Counted from the stretch's first letter, positions 51,664 to 64,000 are shown. The stretch: DNA of 64,000 nt from Amoeboaphelidium protococcarum X5 (GCA_023515725.1 JALDTO010000208.1:661768-725767); one strand, 5' to 3'. The notes: generated by a model not told the origin, from the letters alone. Translations and numbers: made by a program.

Positions 51664-52560
51664 ATGGATGCTAAACTTCAGTATTAGAATGATGCGTATT
51701 ACATGCAGATGAACCAAGCAAATGCTCAAGGCAATTAAGTTTAACCGCTATACACTGCTCCCAACATTTATTAGAATCCAGGAGTATCTTATCAGCCTCA
51801 GTAATTAAATAGCATATAATAGTATCCAACAGTAATGAACCAAACGCCTGGAGTCATGCTAAGTGCTCCACCACCGGTTTCAATTGCCAAGATGCCGGTG
51901 ATTGATGCCAAATTCTGTATGGATAAGTAAACTACTTTCGTGATGCAAAATGTACCTATGCTGGGTCAGAGTTAGGACTATACGGTGCACGATTAAGAAG
52001 GACGAATGTGGTTCAAGTTTAGTAGCATCTTCTCATTTAGTGGCAAAAAGGCTCTGATTGACACCTACAATTAGCCTATTTTGCACATGAAAAGACCATT
52101 CTTCAGCTTTAGTGGTAAGTATCAGGCGTACTTTTAAAAGGGCGAAGAGCATGAAGTATTCCGCTTCTAACCTGTATTCTGGTCATGGATGCCGAAAGTC
52201 AAGATATTTTTAAAAGATAATTAGACACCTAATCCTGACTTTATACTGAGAGGCACCTATGCAGATCAAGACTTTGATGTCTTTGACGTCAGATCCGGCA
52301 GCGAGTTTCTGGTTGCCAAAGTAACCAAGCAAAGACCGCTGGAAAGTGTTTCTGCATTTCTCACCAATCTGGTTCTGAATGTAGATACGTATTATCTGAC
52401 AGTAAATCCTAACGCCGACGCTGCGTTCATTGTCTGTCTTTGCGCTCTGTTTGATGAGAGATACGATATGAGCAATCATGGTCATGGTCATCACCACAGT
52501 TCCAGTCATCGCCGTCATCATCGTCATCATCGTCGTAGACGTGGTGGCCGTCGTCGTTGA
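51664..52560 (+). CDS. LURP-one / tubby-C-like (LOR) protein, paralog 2, with His/Arg-rich tail
   Basis: Starts MDAK like paralog 1. PVIDAKFC, DTYYLTVNPNADAAFIVCLCALFD, tail HGHGHHHSSSHRRHHRHHRRRRGGRRR. Confidence 0.82.
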
Positions 52561-52675
52561 ATATGTGCCTAATGTTAAAGAGTAAATTGCAATTTAATAC
52601 TCAAATTAATAAACTTGATTTTCATTTTCAATTTTACTGGACAAATCCGAATTACTTTCCAAAGTGTTACTAGAA

Positions 52676-54112
52676 TCAACGCGAGTATGGTACGAATTGG
52701 CGATAAATTAGCTCAGCCAGAAACATTATAGATAGCAGACTCAGAGCCCCTACACCAAACATTACATTCAGCCATTGCTTAGAACCGCGATTCTATTCGC
52801 CCCATTCTGAAGCGTCGATGCGTTTACCCAAGTAATAGAATCCATAGTACCAAGCAATAAAAAAGTAGTACAATGACGGCAAACCAAAAATCATTGGCCA
52901 ATACAGCAGTTATCCAGCACTTGAATATGCGCTGTACACGCAGGCTGCGTAAATGACAAGCATAACCGATAAAAGTGTCCAAAAACGCTACTGTCTCAGC
53001 TTTTAGTCAACGCCTTCATAGGTTGCTATAATTCCAGCATTGTTCTTTAATGCATGCTACTAATACTCTTCCACTGACCAACCATTCAGATAACGTACAA
53101 CAATAGGTAGTCCCCAAAAGGTAGACATCATAAACAGGAATACAAAACTGAAGAAGAACATTCTGTACAGCAGACCATCCATAATACCCTGGAAGAATGC
53201 AACAACTGTAGCATGCAATATTATCCACATTTCAAGAGCAAACGCGGTCCAGTACTTGTTCTTATGCTCCCTGTGATACAACATTGACGACTGCCAGAAT
53301 AGCAAGAAGATATGAATGAATCCAGTCATGTGGGCAAATGTGCTCTCAAAGCAGTGATACCAGAACGTCAGAGTTATTCCGAAAGATGCCAGGTAACCAT
53401 GATACTTGCCAGTGAGATCTGCAAAAGACACAATCTTGGACTTGCCATTCGCTGGAATCCAAGTGAAAACCAAACCGCGACGTCTGATCTCAAAGATCAT
53501 TGGCATAATTAGAGATGTGACACCTGCAAATAGAGTACTGATCTCCGGGAAACTAGCAGCAAGTCCATCATAAAAGAAGTATCCTTGGACATAATGCAAT
53601 AGTGCGAATGCAACGTTAAGCTTGAGCATAGACAGAGCGTATGGGTTCCAACCAGATTCAAACAAGGAAGTCCACTCCAAATCACCGCGTTTATGAGCGC
53701 GACGTGCCTGGGTCAGAATGTAGAACTATCCAGTCTGATGCAATAAATAGCAAGTCCAAGGTGTGATAATACTAAGAAAATTGCGCTTCAGCAGTCTAAA
53801 TGGGTACTCAAAAGGGAATGTAGTACCATAGATCACAAAGCGACCAAAACCAAGTTGTCCACGTGCTGGAGCGCCGTTAGTCAGATCAAGGAGCCATTGC
53901 CTCAAGTCGGAACCATTAGGAGCATTAAGATAAGCAATCACCACTGCAGAAACAATACTTGACAGCATCAACACTCCAAATGACAGCTTCACTTGAACGC
54001 CTAAAACATTAATAGACGCAGACGAGTACCGTGTCCACAAGTCATTCGCAAACACTTCCTTAGGTTGTTGGGACTTTTGCTCGGATAACTACTACTTCAC
54101 CGCTGTAACCAT
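52676..54112 (-). CDS. Polytopic membrane protein of unknown function with several His-containing motifs
   Basis: 478 aa joining track ORFs 53726-54055 and 53060-53680. YLLHQ, LLHYVQ..YDGLA, EIRRRGL, KYHGY, TFWYH, AHMTGF, ILHA. Confidence 0.8.
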
Positions 54113-54496
54113 TGTCAATTGTGCAAATGTTCAAATTTTAAGTTTCAAAGTAAATAAAGAAGATACACCTGTCCGCCAGTCCTGATTAAATGCGCTTTGG
54201 GAACGACAATTTTAACTGAGACAACGTAATACCGCGTGGTTTCAGCCACTTTAAACATCACAGATTCTAACAACAACGCCGCCACTTAGAGAGAGAGAGA
54301 GAGCCAAGTGAAACTCGTTTAAAGCAAATCCACAGATACAACGTAGCATTTTAATTCGTGTTTTACTCAGTAAAAGTTACAATACAAAACATTTGAAAGT
54401 CATTAAGAGCAATATATTTGAAATGTGCAATACTGAAATGTCATTTCGTCAGTAAACAGAGATTCATCAATCAACGAACAGCTTGAAACATCCGTA

Positions 54497-55321
54497 TCAA
54501 GGAGGAGGAATACGAATAACAACGTCCATACCAAAATGATCACTCAGATAACCACCTTGGTAATACTTGTCTCCCACGAGTTTGTGCTCTAAGGCTGCCA
54601 GTTCAGAGGACAAGAGAACGCGATCAAAACGGCATTGAAACTGGAACGCGCCATTTCCGTGGTATCGATTCTTGAAACTATTCCACGTGTAGAACGGTTT
54701 TAGACCACCAGATGTTGTATCTAAATCATCAACAATATCGTGTAATTCCTGATTTTAACTTTTAGAGAGTCTCAGCATAGTCTTCACCTCATCAGCTCGT
54801 ACGTTTGCATCTCCTGCAACGATCAGATGTTTGACTTTCAATTAACCGTTCCCGTTAGCATCACTGAGAGGCAGTTTCAGAATATTCGCCATCTGCACAA
54901 GCCTTTCCTGACCACCCTCTTTGAACGGAGCGAAATGCACAGCTGCTATTCGTATGAGTTACGTCTCACCTTGAGAACTATTAGCTTCATCATCAGTCAG
55001 ATCAATCGCGAATGGGTATTTAAAATCGGCGACTACTGCGCAGTCCATCTCTCTTACCTCCTTAAGAGAGCTTTTAATTAAACGATTCACCAGCAGTACG
55101 CATTACTCGCAATAAGATGTTACCTGACCGACCAATTGATAATCAGTACGGTTCAGAATGAGCTAAATCAATACTGAAGTGGCTTCCTGCAGACAAATCA
55201 CGTCAGCGCCGCTACCTGCCAATATATCCACAATTTTAGAGAGTTTGTGAGATAAAGATATTGAGTGTTGTTCGCTAACATTCCACGCGCTAACATTGTA
55301 TGTTACCAACCGTAAATCCAT
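54497..55321 (-). CDS. EEP-superfamily phosphodiesterase, TDP2-like
   Basis: LVTYNV, DVICLQE, HFAP, AGDANVR, YTWNS..N, RFDRV and SDHFG motifs. Confidence 0.85.
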
Positions 55322-55466
55322 CCTCTTTAAATCTGGTTATCGATAAACTACTAAAAGACGATCGGGATTCTCTTGACACCGATTGATCAGAGTGACATGA
55401 AATTGAATAATGATCAAACATAAAACGATTTGTAAATTCGCATAATAATATATTCATGAGCAGGAC

Positions 55467-57992
55467 TCAGTTCTTACTGAATAAATCATATTTTTGTAGG
55501 ATATGAACTAATTAATCCTTCTTAAAAGGCTTTCCATACACATCATTAAAGGCGGCCAGCGAGTCAATCTCATACTGATCATTGTGATTTTAGTTTACCA
55601 AGTTGGCAGTTATGGCGACAACAGGCAAATCTGATTTTCCCAGTCCAAGCTCATTCCTAATCAGTTCGATAGCTTCAAATCCTGTCATTACAGGCATCTA
55701 TATGTCCATCAACACTAAATCATAATGTGCACCTTGCTTAATTAAATCTACAGCAGATCGCCCATTGTCGGCTTCAGTGATATTAGTAAACTCTATGCTC
55801 TTGAGCATTCGCACGATAATGGCTCTATTAATCTAAGAGTCATCAACGACAAGAATAGCTTTGTTCTACGAGATTTATGTTCCAAAATCATTGGATAAAT
55901 GACTATCACTCGACTTTTATAAAGACTCAGTTGATTAAGGATTGTTCGCCTTGTTCAGCAAGCAGTATTCAACAGGTATAGTGATGGTAAACGTGGATCC
56001 CTTGCCCACCTGACTTTAAACATCAATAGTACCATGCATAAGATCTACAATCTACTTTACAATAGAGAGCCCAAGTCCAGAGCCTCCAAATACCCTTGAT
56101 GTGGATACGGAAGCTTGTGCATAAGGCTAAAATAGCCCATCCACTTCTTCCTGTGACATTCCTATACCAGTATCTCGCACCTGAACAATAAAATCAATAT
56201 AATGGCCAGGCGATGATTATGATAAGGATGATGCAACAGAAGTCAAGCTGCACACAATTTGACCACCAGACTGAGTAAACTTGGCCGCATTGGACAACAT
56301 ATTCAAAAGGATCTGCTAAAATCTAGTCGGATCTATTAGAATATGAGCGGGAAGACCATCAGCAATTCTCAAATCAAATTCGACGCCTTTCAATTTTAGC
56401 TACTCTACAATAGGCTTTACAATCTTCTGAGATAATTCTCGCACGTCTGTGGGTATAGAATCCAGCTGAACTTTACCACTCTCAAATTTTCCACTATCCA
56501 AAACATCATTAATCAAATTTGACATGTACTCGGTAGACACTTTGATAGCCTGCGTCATTGACTTGAAGTCCTCATACTTGACAACTGTTCGAGACTCTAC
56601 ATCTGAATTACTATTATTATCAGTATTAATGTCGGTCTCGTCGTGAATAAATTCAACCATGTTTAATATTGCATGCAAAGGATTCCGAAGTTCATGACAG
56701 AGAAAGCTCATAAATCGAGTCTTTTACAAGTTACTCAACTCGGCTTGCTACTTGGCTATAAGAGTCTCCTGGTATGCCTTTCTTTTCTCCATCTGAATAG
56801 CGGCAAATGCCAATGCTGTAAAGAATATCACCAGAACGAATATCATCAACTTTATAACCTTGAGCATGACTTGATCAAGTTGTTCCTAAGTTCCCGAGTC
56901 CGCAGAACGTAGTATAACGTATAATCCACTGCAACCGAGTACACAATTGCTTAGCTTGTAACCCAAGTGTCCAATAAGCAGACCACATGCAATGACCAAT
57001 GGGAAACAGAGGAAATGCGCCAAATAGTTTACGGTGTCTCCATAAAATAGCGTAGTGTTAATAAGTAGCGGAGGTATAATGATTTCAATCACAACGATGG
57101 TGGTAATTATACACAAGACTGCAATCACTCGCAACCTACGGCGCCAAAGCTTATTCAAGTTTGTAGCTTTGACCGTAAGAGCGAGTGGAGCAAAGAGGAA
57201 GACACCGACAAAGTATGAAGCTGCCAGCTTCACAGTGTATACAGTCAGATCATATTGCTCGTAGTACTTCTCAGGCTCAAAGTATAGCTGCCAACCAGCA
57301 CAAGCTCCAACCACAGCAAGTCCCGATATGATAGACGAGGCGACAAATACAAAAGCTATCCTCCTCTCAGCCAACACAGTCCCTTATTGCGCCGTTGAAT
57401 AACGAGATGATGCCCAAAGCAGGGAGAGTGCAAACATATAAACAATCCACGTCTTGGTGAGACATATACAAAGACTACTAACAAATGGATTCCACACCAC
57501 TGTTCTTATAAGCAGAGCACTGAACAGAAAGAACAAGGCTATTACTAAGCGCTTAGACGTATTCTCTCTGATCAACCGCTGCTTCTCAGCATCGTCATAG
57601 TGCAGCTCCATCCGATATCTCGACCGATCAACAATCAAAATTATAACGACAAGCACCAATCCGGTGTCTGCCGGCCATATAGCGCCAAGATTAGCAGCGA
57701 ACAGAGATTACCATAACATAAAGTAGGCCAGCTAAGCAAAGCAGCATACAACACCTATCATGAGAGCGTAAAAGTAGCCATGCAGCCGCACATCGATTCG
57801 ATCGGTCCGCTTCTTTAGACGACCAAATTCAGCGAGACAGTGCTCACAGATAATCTTAAAATAGCTGGTAAACTTTGTAAAACGTCTCAAACTTCTAATA
57901 GACAATCGCTTAATCCTTGTTGGCTATATGACTCCACTTCTTTCAATAGATTCCACTTCAACAATAGTCTAGTCACAGATATTACTCCTCAT
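55467..57992 (-). CDS. Membrane hybrid histidine kinase (MASE1-like sensor, HisKA, HATPase, receiver)
   Basis: 841 aa. About 8-9 TMs with IWPA motif; FLCHELRNPL; NAAKFT, DTGIG, GGSGLGL; VVDD..LMDIQMP..KPF. Confidence 0.92.
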
Positions 57993-58257
57993 TCTTCTCA
58001 ATAAGCTTTCACCAATCAGTGCTGGGAAAAGGAGGTAATAAACAGAATGTAGATGACGAAATCGAAGGGCCAAATGATCTGGAAATACAATCAATATGAC
58101 CCAATATAAACAAATAAAATTTGTATTGATAAGGAAATCTTTATCACTTTTCACTGAAAATACACTTACGGGGATCAAAGCGCAGTGTAATAATGAAAGT
58201 CTAGATCCCGGGGAAGAGCGACGGGGCCCAGGCTTTGGTTTGTCGAGCATTTGTGAC

Positions 58258-59163
58258 TCAACGGCCGATTTGTTCCAGCCGATTGGACACCGATGATGAC
58301 GCCACGCGGTCTGTTGCCTGATTAAAGCTGCCCGCACGACGGATAAATGGATGATTGTCCACATCTTCGGATGGAGATTTACAATCTTGATTGTTATTAT
58401 TGGCAGACCATTAGTGCATCTATGTAAATGACTGTGGATACATTCCGCTACTGTTAATCTGCAAATGTTCAGGAAACACGCCGTTGGCAAAATCCTCTTC
58501 AGTGTACGAAGCAGCGGTGTTCACATTAGCTCTACCATTTGTGAACTCGTTGATGACATTATCAACGCGTTGCCAGAATTCACGCTCCATCACCATCATT
58601 CTCTCCATAGCGCGACGGGAATAATTTGCCAGCTCTTCTGAGCGCATAGATTCTTCTACCAGACTTTAGTTTGCTACCACCACTGAACCCCCCTGAGAAT
58701 CCGAGTTGCGACGCGAAAAAATATCATTTGGGCCTCTGCCTGCTGTTTGAGGACGATCCTACTGCACTGCTACCTCTACTGTTGTCTCATCCATTCTTCT
58801 CTCTTGACTCAATTGATCTTCCAAATGACTTGATATACGTTGATAATATGTTCTTAAATCATCGATTTGAGAATCAATGTCTTCCAAAGTGACTTGATCG
58901 CTGTTTCTAACAGATAATCTACCCACCAATCGCTACGTAACAGCAGAAACATTATTCACCTCAGGATGCGGTACGGTATCTTCAGCCATTTCAGCAGGTG
59001 TAGTTTAACGTTCACGCGACTACTCTACTTGACGTGGATCTGGCTCATTAAACGCGTCAGCATCGGAAATCAGCCTTCCAGTGTTGGGGTCAATAAACAC
59101 ATGGATTCTTGGCTGCTAAGTTGGCTAAGGCTATACCTCTGAGTTTAAGTTCAAAATTGCCAT
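58258..59163 (-). CDS. Hypothetical protein (coiled-coil/disordered)
   Basis: 301 codons open with UAR=Gln, containing track ORF 58420-58647. Ends TGA. Confidence 0.65.
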
Positions 59164-59387
59164 TTATTTTCAAAGATATATGTATATTTATTTTGTGGTA
59201 TTTGTTATTAGAAGAAGAAGTCACTTTAGATATCAGATGATGTTAATGCTAATCTAACAGGAGCCACTTCTTCCCAAAATGGGATCATTCAATTGTGCGG
59301 ATTCGCTTACTAATTGAATTTTCTATTCAAATCGAATCAAAATTGAATTGACAATATTTATAGCAATTCAAAGATCAGCGTAATATA

Positions 59388-59975
59388 ATGTCTGACGTAG
59401 AGTCATAATTTGAAAGGTGGCATGAAAATATGCTGACATTGCATGAGAATATATAGGCTCACCAGAATGGCATTTAGGTATGATTCTTAATGTTAAAACT
59501 CAATTTCAATGATGTACAATTATATAAGTAATAAAAGACTTCTGTTATGTAGTCTGCCGCGTCAAAATTATCTATCGGATTTAAAGAGCTAAATATGCTG
59601 ATGGATTCATAGCCTGCTTTGCACAGAATTAGCACTGAACGGCGGACGCGTGAGCATAGTGCAGCAAAGCTGTAGTAGTAAATTGAACTCTCATCCATGA
59701 AAATTACAGCTGATCAGTTGCATACGATGGCGTATAAATTGAACCGAAATTTAGCTTAAAACGATAGCTAGCCGTCAATAAACGTCGTGGATGCTTCACT
59801 TTCAGTAGCCGAGGACGACGTGTTAGATAAAGTCATCAATGCTCCTCCTTCCAAAGGTCTGTAGTAGCAAAGTAGCAGCTCTAGAAGTCAGGCAAGTTAT
59901 TAGAAATAATCGCTTGATGATTTATTATTTGAACCGTCTGAAGCTGAGAAGGCACTCATGAAACTCTTGGAATGA
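59388..59975 (+). CDS. Small coiled-coil protein (weakly dysbindin-like); intron 59478-59528
   Basis: Two in-frame exons separated by a 51-nt GTATGA..AAG intron that contains the only in-frame TGA. About 178 aa. Confidence 0.55.
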
Positions 59976-60209
59976 ATTGAATTATAAATCTGTATTTTAC
60001 GGAAATATTCAATATAACCTTCTATTTTATGAGATCAACCTTTATGACGATAATTAGGACATATTGAGATCTGCGTGAGTCATATCGCTGAAACGCGTCG
60101 CTTTCATTTTTCTGTTTTCATATCAAACCAATTCACAAAGCGTTCCATTCATCTTTCTCTTCTACGTTATAGGCTTCTACGGTACTTTCGTTGATAACTA
60201 AAGAGAATA

Positions 60210-61538
60210 ATGAGCACGGGTAATAGTTATTAAAATTCTACTCATAATACAGAGGATGAAGAGGATGGCGAATTTATGGATTTCGAGCTGGAATGGTCTG
60301 AAGAGTAAGCTAATAGAAGTCGGTCCTCATATGCATTTTATTCTGATATTTTCAATTTGGTTATTGGTTCACGTCCACAAAATAAGAGATTGCCTGATGC
60401 CGAAGATTACTATGGTAAATAAGCTGGTGGTCGCAGTAAATTGAGAGCATCTGCGCAAAAGATATCAGATTCAATTAAATAGAGTCACGATCGGGTGCTG
60501 TTGAAGCTTAATCGTAAGGAGACAAAGTAGTTGACTGAGAAGATTGCATTCGTTCTTGGTGTCTCTATTATATGGATATGTGCATTTATTGTGGGCAAGT
60601 ATCCGCAGCATATTTCTCTCTGGTATTCGCTGCATAGTATAGTGCTATTGACGATTAGGTGGTTCACATACAAGCGGTAGAGTCTGCATTATTTCTGCTT
60701 TGACTTGTGCTACTTTGTCAACTTTCTCACCCTGTGGTGGCTCTATATATCTCCATAAAGCCAGGTACTCTATATGGCTGTATTCTGCTTGAGTCAGGGA
60801 CCAGTGTTGTGGGCTATTCTGGCATGGCGTAATTCTTTAGTATTTCATTCACTTGACAAGGTGACTAGTCTATTCATTCACATTGCACCATCTATTACTG
60901 TTTACACGCTTAGGTGGATGGATGACAATAGTGTGTCGTCAGTATCTCATGAATCGGCATCCTTTAGTAACTCCAGTGATATAGCGCATGATATAAGTGA
61001 ACACCTTACACATGGCTCTAATCCCTTGTCGCAGTAGTAACACATGCCCTTCCTTGCCTCGATGATATACTCATTGCTGTACTACATTCTATGGCAGACT
61101 TTGTATGTGATTGGAATATACATTGCGAAACAGGATAAAGTTTTGAATGGTGCTAGGATTACAAGTTATAGCTGGCTGCTGGATCCATCAAGAAATTAGA
61201 AAAGTAAGAATCTGATGTATGTTCTCTGTACACTTCCCGCTACTTCTGGTTCTAGTACTACTGCTGCTCCACAGTCGCCGTCGGATGATTCAAGATATGT
61301 TCATTTCAAGTAGTAGGCTCTGTTCATATTCTGGTAGTTTATGTACGCGATCTTAACGCTGATGCCCACATGCCTGTTTTACTCTAGTTTCTACCTGCAC
61401 TCAGCCTTTCTTATTATTGTGCTTACTATCAGTATATGGAATGGTGCGTGTTATTATGTTGATGTATTCTCTCGACGAGGCGTTGCTCATTCTAACCATC
61501 AGTCTCATAATGCTGCGAAAGAGGCCCATATTGACTGA
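60210..61538 (+). CDS. GPC1: Glycerophosphocholine acyltransferase (DUF2838)
   Basis: EKIAFVLGV, HYFCFDLCYFVN, GPVLWAILAWRNSLVFHSLDKVTSLFIH, ITSYSWL and SIWNGACYYVDVF. Confidence 0.92.
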
Positions 61539-61663
61539 TCAGTTAATGAGTCTTTAAATTCAAATGGTTAATGATAGAGCAATAAAATTTTATTCAGATT
61601 CAAAATGTTTATTTCTATTAGATTATAATTTTGCAACTACTTCAATTACTCTGTTTATTAGAG

Positions 61664-63070
61664 TCAAAGGGAAGCATCGCGATCTTTTAGGTACTGATCA
61701 ACTTCACTTTGAGTATGTAGAGGAGGATGATTTGATGGTGGGTACTACTCGGGCACCAACTTGGAGTCACAAGAACCAATAATTTGTCCATAATTCAACT
61801 TTTAACCTTCTTTAATACAAAATCTGAAATCTTTCGGCGCTTCAAATACCAAAATTATCGAGGATCCCAAATTAAATAGTCCAACTTCATCCCCTTTGCG
61901 GAATTGTAATCCACCACTACCACCACAACTGTTCTAAACATTTTCACTCTAATCCAATTCATCACTAACATGCAATTCAACATCTTCCTCTGGCGGATCA
62001 ATCATGTCCATCATCTAGTCTGCCACTGACTCCTCTACATCTTCCTATTCATGATGCAACTTTACAACCTTTGATCTCGGCTGATGATCAGTACGAACAT
62101 CATCTTACTCTTACTCTTTAAAATCGTCACCATTGCTATTCTTCGTAGAACCGCAAAATGCCTTCTCCTCATATGAGCCAAACTTACCTTTAATCCACTT
62201 GTTGGTGCGGAGAGATTTATCAAATACCAGCTCAATAGATCCAACGTTAGTAGCACCGACCGCGGCCATAGCAAAGAAGCCATATCGCCAGTCGCCGAGC
62301 ATTACGACGCGTTCATTGAGGACAAATAGACCACGCACCATCTTTATCACGGCGGGTGCGACTGAGAACAGACGTCCACCAAAATGCTTCAGTCTCTCAA
62401 CCTGCCACTCTGCCGGCGAGTGGAATCTGTGATAATCTCCCGGTCCAAGATACAGGACGACGTGGTACAATCTATTATTGTCACTATCGAATGGCAGCGT
62501 ATGATATCTGCTTTCATCAACCGTGTTGCTTCTTATTTGATTGGCAGATTATGACGACTTTAAACTTGAACCAACACCTAGAAAAGCATCCATTGAGAAT
62601 GTGACACCTTTAATCTGCTCTAGCGATTAGCCTTCTACCGGACCATAATGCAGCACTTTACAATCAGCAGGAGATACTAGCTCTGCTTATGGATGGACAG
62701 GTCGACAGCCAGGTCGGAGTCGCCGAGTGAAAAACTCTCCCAGATTTCGATACTCTACATACGGCTTCTGCATCTCCTCGGGGTGCCCATCGAACGCCTT
62801 CATCCATGAGGAGTATATGAATTCGCGCATAAATACAGGCAATTCATATTGATTGTTCACGTAGCCCCATAATCGACTTATAGATCGGAAAGGTAAGCTT
62901 TTCAGTACCAACACTTTGAGATCTGATGAAATGTGAGGCTCCACCTGAGAACGATCTCTATGACCATAAACCAGTCCACGCTCCTTCTCTGCAGTATATT
63001 TAACACTTGCATACGTTATTAGGGATATTCCCACTGGAATAGACAATCGTTTTAATATCAGCGAAGACAT
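61664..63070 (-). CDS. PSD1: Phosphatidylserine decarboxylase (mitochondrial type)
   Basis: [38 protein letters not shown] and the FNLGSS self-cleavage motif. Confidence 0.95.
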
Positions 63071-63181
63071 TCAAGATTATTTATTGAATATCTATTACAA
63101 GACTAAATTAAAAGACAAAGATCGGATCAGAACAAAAATGTAAGATGATTTTGATAATAATTTTCGTTGATTCATTCATAG

Positions 63182-64000
63182 TCACTTCATATCAGATTCC
63201 CCTGACTAACAGTCTGAAAGACGCGTAAAAGACAACACCAATTCAACGTGCGATGTCTGAGGAAACATATCCACAGCCTGAGCAGATTCCATGACAAATT
63301 GATCAGATCTCACCTCTGGATACTTTTGCGTTCTATTACTAGACTTGCTCAGTCTCCACATTGGCTGAGTGAGATGAAGCCAATTCTATTTCGCAGCAGA
63401 TGGATTACAACTCACATAAATTACGTTCTGGATGTACTTGCACTACTTGATAGCCTTGATGACTTTTTTGTGTACACCAGCTCTAGGAGGATCTAGTATG
63501 GCAATCACTTGATCCGTCTCTGGATCGATATCAACCTGATCAAGCAACTTCTCAATCGTGTCCTCAACAGGTCCGCAGATATAAGTCACTTTATCGCGGA
63601 CATTATTCAAAGTCGCGTTATGTTCAGCATCCTGTATTGCGGGTTCACATAACTCTATTCCATAAATGTGCTTGACATTAGATAATTAAGACATTACAAT
63701 CCCAATAGTTCCTGTACCGCAACACAAATCCAAGATGACAGTCTACTTGCCATGGAGTTGCTTCTACACGATGATATCCCCGACAGCTTTGTACAGAAGT
63801 TCACAAGTAATCGCATTGCTCTAATAGAACGCCATTGGACTTATTCTAAAATTAATCGCCTTTTAAGAACTCTGGTCCTCAACAGATAAATTACGCAGAG
63901 AATCATAAACGTATCCATCCCCGTGTAAAGTTATCAATGGCATATCACCAGTTAGAGCACAGTGCATGTTATCGTTGATGGTATATTACACAGTTTTAAC
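63182..64000 (-). CDS. TRM2: tRNA (uracil-5)-methyltransferase TRM2/TRMT2A, 3' part
   Basis: FRISPMAFYQSN (Q is TAG at 63821-63823), LDLCCGTGTIG, LDPPRAG, YVSCN and VDMFPQTSHVE. Confidence 0.92.

Noticed and set aside
58200-58260. GC-rich hairpin-like patch (CCCGGGGAAGAGCGACGGGGCCCAGG)
   Set aside because: No tRNA, snRNA or snoRNA hallmark recognised, and it is a single occurrence.
59478-59528. TGA read-through in the 59388 gene
   Set aside because: The TGA lies in a GT..AG, AT-rich 51-nt segment matching the size of the other introns, so splicing is the simpler explanation.
1-64000. Apparent mass pseudogenisation or many tiny ORFs in the supplied track
   Set aside because: Artefact of the standard code. 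Genes are continuous when TAA/TAG are read as Gln, and most short track ORFs are antisense or off-frame shadows.

Overview
Gene-dense, intron-poor eukaryotic (fungus-like opisthokont) DNA in which TAA and TAG encode glutamine and TGA is the only stop, so the supplied standard-code ORF track is fragmented. This code plus the gene content points by inference to an aphelid such as Amoeboaphelidium protococcarum. Re-read with UAR=Gln, the window holds about 34 genes and only three short introns (51-58 nt). Recognisable genes include ERG10, IWR1, eIF4B, eIF2B-epsilon, SF3B3/RSE1, GPD1, INTS6, SEC63, an acyl-protein thioesterase, AP180, a cNMP/F-box/LRR protein, PSMG3, JMJD7, two LURP-one paralogs, a TDP2-like enzyme, a membrane hybrid histidine kinase, GPC1, PSD1 and TRM2. 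There are two accessory zones. (1) About 20.6-29.8 kb: decayed Ty3/gypsy and DDE-transposase remnants, two oppositely oriented hAT-type MITEs with 8-bp TSDs that both interrupt one hidden ORF, and a T5orf172/GIY-YIG gene. (2) About 48.7-51.5 kb: a kinase with a signal-peptide-like N-terminus, split in frame by a 1578-bp decayed Crypton-like tyrosine-recombinase element carrying an array of conserved-loop hairpins. All translations and coordinates were worked out by hand. Family calls rest on motif recognition, not database searches.
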